The notes beneath the pieces were generated by a model. The model saw only the letters and a program-made list of their open reading frames with translations. It ran no database searches and was not told the DNA's origin. From Selaginella moellendorffii (Eukaryota > Plantae > Lycopodiophyta): a DNA stretch of 64,000 nucleotides. The position numbers were made by a program, and so were the translations under genes. The stretch spans positions 1,788,330 to 1,852,329 of the forward strand of contig NW_003314283.1 of NCBI RefSeq assembly GCF_000143415.4, in the 5' to 3' direction. This document shows, in pieces, positions 61,752-64,000 of this stretch (position 1 is the stretch's first letter; each line of letters opens with the position of its first letter).

Positions 61752-64000
61752 TGTGAGACACAAAATCCCTAGGCCCCAAAGTGGAGCCGGAAAGGGTGCC
61801 ACGTGGTAGTGGCTGAAGCGAGAGCCAAACGAGCGTAACACGTTTGGACCAAAAGCTCCGACTTGAAAAGTCAAGAGCGGGAGTGGAACTCCCAACGAAG
61901 TGCTCGAGGAACGAGCACGAAGCAAGCAAAAAGCGAGGCTCCAAAAAGGGACCCAAAAGGACCAACACATGACACATGGAAGTGTCCGAGATGGACTCGA
62001 GTTGGAGTCCGAAGTGGAGTCCGAGATGGACTCGAGTTGGAGTCCGAAGTGGAGTCCGAGATGGACCCGAGTTGGAGTCCGAAGTGGAGTCCGAGATGGA
62101 CCCGAGTTGGAGTCCGAAATGGAGTCCGAGATGGACCCGAGATGGAGTCCGAGATGGAGTCCGAGATGGACCCGAGATGGAGTCCGAGATGGAGTCCGAG
62201 ATGGAGTCCGAGGTGGACCCGAGATGGACCCGAAATGGAGTCCGAGATGGAGCCCGAGATGGACCCGAAATGGAGTCCGAGATGGAGTCCGAGATGGACC
62301 CGAGATGGAGTCCGAGATGGAGTCCGAGATGGACCCGAAATGGAGTCCGAGATGGACCCGAGATGGAGTCCGAGATGGACCCGAGATGGAGTCCGAAAGG
62401 ATACCTCAAAAATGGAGGTAGCGATCCGATGTTGCTGGGTGCAACAATCAAGGATAGGAGCAAAGGACTAGTGGCCAAGTTAGGGCCATGGAATTTACTG
62501 GAAGGGATCCAAATGGCAAAGTTAGCCAAGGAACACTAATGTGTTCGGTGCTAACAGCTTGTGGGAAAGGAAGTGGACTTCCAAGGATGGATTCCTAAGT
62601 GCTCCAATTTGGCGAAGTAAAAGCTCCAAGTGAGGGAGCGGTAAGGTAGCCAAATGATAGGGCCATGGACAGCCCTAACACAAAGTATGATAATTGGAAC
62701 TTAGTGCCTAAGGTGGCACGAAATAGAAGAGAGGATGATGGTGCCCTCAAGTAATGAACTTCCTAGGATGGGGAAGTGGAGTTGCATAATCTGTGCAATG
62801 CAAGGTGTTGGAGACACCTAGGAAATTGACTTCCAAAAGTCAAAAGAGTAAAAGTTCCAAGGTGCAAACGTTCAATAGATGGAAATTGAGACTACTTGAG
62901 AAGGAGTAGTGGGATTGACTTAGAGAAGGGTCTCTAAGAAGTTTAGCGAGAACCACTACATGTGGTCCAATCAGTCTCTAAGTTGGGGAGACTACCCTCC
63001 TTAGGGGATAGGCAAGGCATGGTGAGCATTTGGTGTCAAACCATTGAGGAAAATGCAAAAGGCATGGTGAGCCTTCAATGTCAAACCATTGACAAGTATG
63101 GAGAAGGCATGGTGAGCCTTCAATGTCAAACCATTGACAAATATTGGCTAGGTGCCAAGGATGGAAATGGTAACACATGCGGGTGTTACTTTATAAAGTG
63201 GTTTACTGTTCGATGAGGACATCGAACTTCGTCTATGGGTGGTGGAGTTGTGAGACACAAAATCCCTAGGCCCCAAAGTGGAGCCGGAAAGGGTGCCACG
63301 TGGTAGTGGCTGAAGCGAGAGCCAAACGAGCGTAACACGTTTGGACCAAAAGCTCCGACTTGAAAAGTCAAGAGCGGGAGTGGAACTCCCAACGAAGTGC
63401 TCGAGGAACGAGCACGAAGCAAGCAAAAAGCGAGGCTCCAAAAAGGGACCCAAAAGGACCAACACATGACACATGGAAGTGTCCGAGATGGACTCGAGTT
63501 GGAGTCCGAAGTGGAGTCCGAGATGGACTCGAGTTGGAGTCCGAAGTGGAGTCCGAGATGGACCCGAGTTGGAGTCCGAAGTGGAGTCCGAGATGGACCC
63601 GAGTTGGAGTCCGAAATGGAGTCCGAGATGGACCCGAGATGGAGTCCGAGATGGAGTCCGAGATGGAGTCCGAGGTGGACCCGAGATGGACCCGAAATGG
63701 AGTCTGAGATGGACCCGAAATGGAGTCCGAGATGGAGTCCGAGATGGACCTGAGATGGAGTCCGAGATGGAGTCCGAGATGGACCCGAAATGGAGTCCGA
63801 GATGGACCCGAGATGGACCCGAGATGGAGTCCGAGATGGACCCGAGATGGAGTTCGAGATGGACCCGAGATGGAGTCCGAGATGGACCCGAGATGGAGTC
63901 CAAGATGGACCCGAGATGGAGTCTGAGATGGAGTCCGAGATGGAGTCCGAGATGGAGTCCGAGATGGAGTCCGAAGTCGAGACCGAGACCGGGACCGAGA
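61752..64000 (+). mobile_element. Internally deleted member of the microsatellite-LTR family: truncated 5' LTR (61752-~62397), 3' internal piece, and 3' LTR from 63249 running off the window
   Basis: Both LTR starts read TGTGAGACACAAAATCCCTAGG. 62398-63248 matches the reverse complement of ~4641-5415. A PPT precedes 63249. Confidence 0.88.
63015..63145. repeat. Three 45-bp tandem units (AGGCATGGTGAGC...TGTCAAACCATTGA)
   Basis: Units start at 63015, 63060 and 63105. The sister element has a single unit at ~4748-4790. Confidence 0.88.

Overview
The window is eukaryotic land-plant DNA made almost entirely of nested transposable elements; I can support no ordinary host gene, RNA gene or CRISPR array. 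Plant signs are TTTAGGG repeats, CG/CHG-type C>T decay and very short (47-56 nt) GT-AG introns, which suggests a compact-intron seed-free plant such as Selaginella (inference only). The dominant feature is three young, near-identical copies (A <1-11163, B 19124-31149, C 45481-58004) of a ~12-13.5 kb cut-and-paste transposon with 24-bp TIRs and 4-bp TSDs. It encodes a ~1020-aa Sola-like DDD transposase and, divergently, a 12-exon (~1600 aa) cargo gene that joins a ParB/Srx-like domain, a degenerate amino-methyltransferase-like domain, acidic/Pro-rich linkers and an FCP1/SCP-like HAD phosphatase domain. Copy C carries about two dozen exact or degenerate copies of a dyad, ATGGCRTG-N6-CAYGCCAT, mostly in introns and non-coding DNA; the visible parts of A and B carry it too. 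This is a candidate ParB/parS-like self-recognition (possibly anti-silencing) system inside a plant transposon. Two decayed MULE/SWIM-type elements also pair a transposase divergently with a ParB-like (GNHR) gene. The rest comprises a self-priming Tf1/sushi-type chromovirus (14425-32041, split by copy B) and four copies of a non-autonomous LTR family with microsatellite-filled 1.8-kb LTRs: one full-length, one decayed, one solo LTR and one internally deleted.
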